NCBI GenBank assembly: GCA_030699255.1
Contig: JAUYJR010000052.1
Span: 1-17,528, forward strand
DNA length: 17,528 bases
Reading direction: 5' to 3'
Source of the DNA: a bacterium
GTDB taxonomy: Bacteria > Patescibacteriota > Minisyncoccia > Minisyncoccales > UBA10102
The notes beneath the pieces were generated by a model that worked only from the letters and a program-made list of their open reading frames with translations, was not told the DNA's origin and searched no databases. The stretch's first letter is position 1. Each line of letters starts with the position of its first letter. The position numbers were made by a program, and so were the translations under genes. Of this stretch, positions 14,917 through 17,528 are shown piece after piece.

Positions 14917-14945
14917 AGTATAGGGCAGAGAGAGAAGTGAATCAA
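14917..14945 (-). promoter_or_regulatory. putative mreC promoter giving a leaderless or near-leaderless mRNA
   Basis: Minus strand reads TTGATT (14945-14940), a 17-nt spacer, then TATACT (14922-14917). Only 6 nt (ACGATA) separate the -10 box from the ATG at 14910. Confidence 0.45.
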
Positions 14946-14959
14946 CCCCCGCACAAAGC

Positions 14960-14993
14960 AAAAAACAGACCACATTATATTGGTCTGTTTTTT
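14960..14993 (-). terminator. intrinsic terminator of the rRNA operon (structurally bidirectional)
   Basis: AAAAAACAGACCA-loop-TGGTCTGTTTTTT. A 7-bp GC-containing stem is flanked by A6 and T6 runs. It lies 16 nt downstream of the 5S rRNA 3' end. Confidence 0.75.
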
Positions 14994-15008
14994 GAGATCA
15001 AAGTCTTT

Positions 15009-15118
15009 GTAAGGCGACTACCTACTCTCGCCCATAAGGACTACCATCGGCCTTGGAGGATTTCACTTCCGTGTTCGGGATGGGAACGGGTGGAGCACCT
15101 CCAGTATAGTCGCCTTAC
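15009..15118 (-). rRNA. rrf: 5S ribosomal RNA
   Basis: The reverse complement reads GTAAGGCGACTATACTGG...CCACCCGTTCCCATCCCGAACACGGAAGTGAAA...GCCGATGGTAGT...GAGAGTAGGTAGTCGCCTTAC. Helix I closes the two ends. Confidence 0.95.
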
Positions 15119-15590
15119 ATAAACTTCGATCGTATGCTCAAATTTTGTGCAGGGCATGCTTCCATGTGCCTGAGAAACTTATGAGCGTAGTGGGCGTAAA
15201 TTGCCAGCCAAGTACATTGCAAAGACCATTAGTACTCCTCAGCTTAACTCGTTGCCGAGCTTCCACTTAGAGCCTATCAACCTCGTCTTCTTCGAGGGGT
15301 CTTTGAGGATTAATCTTAAGGTAGGCTTCGCGCTTATATGCCTTCAGCGCTTATCCCTTCCCAACTTAGCTACCCAGCGATGCTCCGGGCGGAACAACTG
15401 GTACACCAGAGGTTGGTTCGTTCCGGTCCTCTCGTACTAAGAACGACTCCTTTCAATCCTCAGCGCCTGCGGTAGATAGGGACCAACCTGTCTCACGACG
15501 GTCTGAACCCAGCTCACGTACCACTTTAATTGGCGAACAACCAAACCCTTGGGAGCTGCTTCACCCCCAGGATGTGATGAGCCGACATCG

Positions 15591-16456
15591 CCTGTCGACA
15601 TTTTTCTTCCGTTACCAGAAGGATCGGACTATATCTTCACCCCACAATCACTTTGCGACTAAGGGGGTCGGCGTGTTATACAGATTTTAGCTCTGTATAA
15701 GGAACATATTGTTAATGTTCACAAGTCTCTACGGGGCTATAAATCAATTTGTATTTCATGGATGGAATCAGGAGATCTCCGATTAAATTTTTCAGAGTCG
15801 GTATAGAAGACTTGATAAATCTTATACGATAGTATTCTTTGTCGCGATTCAACCTTGCCTCTAATCCTATTTTACAAAGAAGTCGTATAAGTCTAAGTTG
15901 GTCCTCAATGCCGAACTGTTGCGTATTCAGGTATATATCTGAATCTCTGCACCTACTTCCATCATCCATAAACCATATGCTTACAACATGGGGATCGAGC
16001 CGAAGTTCTGTTGGAATAACTTTTTTGCCATTGCGATAAAATCGCCGGTATAATTCGGTTATTTCCGGATGTTGGCGGGTATAAAAACGGTATGCGACTC
16101 TTTGGCCGTTTCCATTTCGCATCTTTGGTCCCGAAACACAGATACTTCGCAGTATGCTGAATTTCCAATCAACATACTCTTTTGCCCGAAACATATGATT
16201 TACTTCCAGAAAAGCATCCTTTCTTCCCGGCATGATCCGGAGGTATCCATCACCAAGGATCGAACCGAGAATTGTAGATGTCTGTAATTGAGTTAAGCTT
16301 CCCACGGCATTGTCCATAGATATGGGTACATTATACCATATGGAGTTCACCGTTATAAGCCGATTTTTGTTTTTCTTCGAATCTCTATTTCTCTCGAAGA
16401 ACAGGTATGACATTACTGCCATAGCACCCCGATTATAAATTTATAACTTATGGTTA
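15591..16456 (-). mobile_element. group I intron in 23S domain V (between E. coli U2500 and C2501)
   Basis: The exon sequence GTTCGGCACCT | CGATGTCGGCTC is split by 866 nt. The 5' exon ends in U and the intron ends in G. The intron segment GGGTGCT (16429-16423) can pair with the exon end GGCACCT (16463-16457) as P1, with a U-G pair at the splice site. A LAGLIDADG ORF sits inside. Confidence 0.8.
15712..16422 (-). CDS. LAGLIDADG homing endonuclease (double-motif, intron-encoded)
   Basis: Two LAGLIDADG motifs (ILGSILGDGYL and VSIWFMDDGS) at monomeric double-domain spacing. The true start may be the internal Met at 16317 (MDNAVGSL...). That would leave more 5' intron sequence for the ribozyme core. 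Confidence 0.9.
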   Translation of the reverse strand: MAVMSYLFFERNRDSKKNKNRLITVNSIWYNVPISMDNAVGSLTQLQTSTILGSILGDGYLRIMPGRKDAFLEVNHMFRAKEYVDWKFSILRSICVSGPKMRNGNGQRVAYRFYTRQHPEITELYRRFYRNGKKVIPTELRLDPHVVSIWFMDDGSRCRDSDIYLNTQQFGIEDQLRLIRLLCKIGLEARLNRDKEYYRIRFIKSSIPTLKNLIGDLLIPSMKYKLIYSPVETCEH

Positions 16457-16496
16457 AGGTGCCGAACAGGGCCGTAGATATGGACTCGCGGGCCCT

Positions 16497-16528
<32 letters not shown>

Positions 16529-17528
16529 TGATGATCTCCGCGTGTCCCACAAGAACACGTCGGTTCACTAAGTTCTGGTTTCCCAACTGCTCGACATATC
16601 CGTCTCGCAGTAAAGCTGGCTTTTGCCTTTACACTATCACTCCGATTTCCATCCGGAGCTAGCCAACCTTTAAACGCCTCCGCTACTTTTTAGGAGGCAA
16701 GCACCCCACCTAAACTACCAACCACTCACTGTCCCCCGTTTTACGAGGTTAGTCTTACCCACAATCCAGACGGGTGTTTCATTGGCGACTCCATTCGCCC
16801 CGAAAGGCGAACTTCAAAGTCTCCCCGCTACGCTACGCAGAAAAGCAAACAAGACAATAAGAAGATATAGTAAAGCTCCCGGGGTCTTTCCGTCTAGCCG
16901 CAGGTAGGGGGCATCTTTACCCCCATTGCATTTTCACCGAGCTGCTCCTGGAGACAGTTCCCCGGTCGTGACGCCATTCATGCGGGCCTGAATTTACCAG
17001 GCAAGGGAATACGCTACTTTAACACGGTTATAGTTACCGCGGACGTTCACTGGGGCTTCACTCACTCAGCAACACACGGCAAGCCGCATGAAACCGGCAA
17101 GCTTAACACTCCAGCACTGGTCAGGCGTCAGCCTCTATACATCCTCTTACGAGTTAGCAGAGACCTGTGTTTTTGGTAAACAGTCGCCGGGAAATCGTTT
17201 GCTGCGGCCCATCTTGCGATGGGCGGGTCTTATTCCGAAGGTACGACCACTAATTTGCCGAGTTCCTTCAGGAGCTTTCACTCGTTCACCTAGGCACGTT
17301 TATGCCTACCCACCTGTGTCGGTTTGCGGTACGGACTCACCAAACTCATATTCTTGGAGATTTTCTGGGAAGAATGCTCACCTGGATTCCGCCTCCCGAA
17401 GGAAGCAGTCTTCGCGCTGCTTGCGCTCCCGAAGGAGAACTTACAGAACGAACAGAAATCCAATAATCCGCCCAGGCTACTATTCTCCGTTATCCAAGAA
17501 AGCATTTGGCGAGGGGCCGGAATATTAA

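Noticed and set aside
14911-14973. 21-codon N-terminal extension of mreC.
   Set aside because: It overlaps the rRNA terminator hairpin and the candidate mreC promoter. MSTRFIFLKKYG..., followed by a TM helix, is a typical MreC start.

Overview
All credible genes are on the minus strand. The backbone is a small, roughly 35-48% GC bacterial genome with few Shine-Dalgarno (SD) sites. Compact housekeeping proteins and an intron-bearing 23S rRNA fit a Candidate Phyla Radiation/Patescibacteria-type organism best; this is inference, not proof. Minus-strand order, from high to low coordinates: partial 23S rRNA split by an 866-nt group I intron carrying a LAGLIDADG homing endonuclease; 5S rRNA; terminator; mreC-mreD-mrdA; a GC-rich islet of about 2.4 kb; greA; a GT2 glycosyltransferase; lysS; serS; an ftsQ-like gene; hrcA (with CIRCE)-grpE-dnaK-dnaJ; tRNA-Lys(UUU); and the 5' end of an ABC-type membrane protein. 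The islet (about 9591-11922) is the part worth attention. It holds three orphan small ORFs, each with its own near-consensus sigma70 promoter and a strong SD. It ends in a previously unflagged type III hammerhead ribozyme (10180-10271). The ribozyme leads into a hairpin-dense RNA of about 670 nt that is bracketed by two perfect 62-bp direct repeats and closed by an intrinsic terminator. The 174-aa ORF the track places there is probably not a protein. Several ORF-track start sites (hrcA, greA, mreC, the 165-aa ORF) were moved because the extensions run through operators, promoters or terminators. Everything was read by eye, with no database or folding software.
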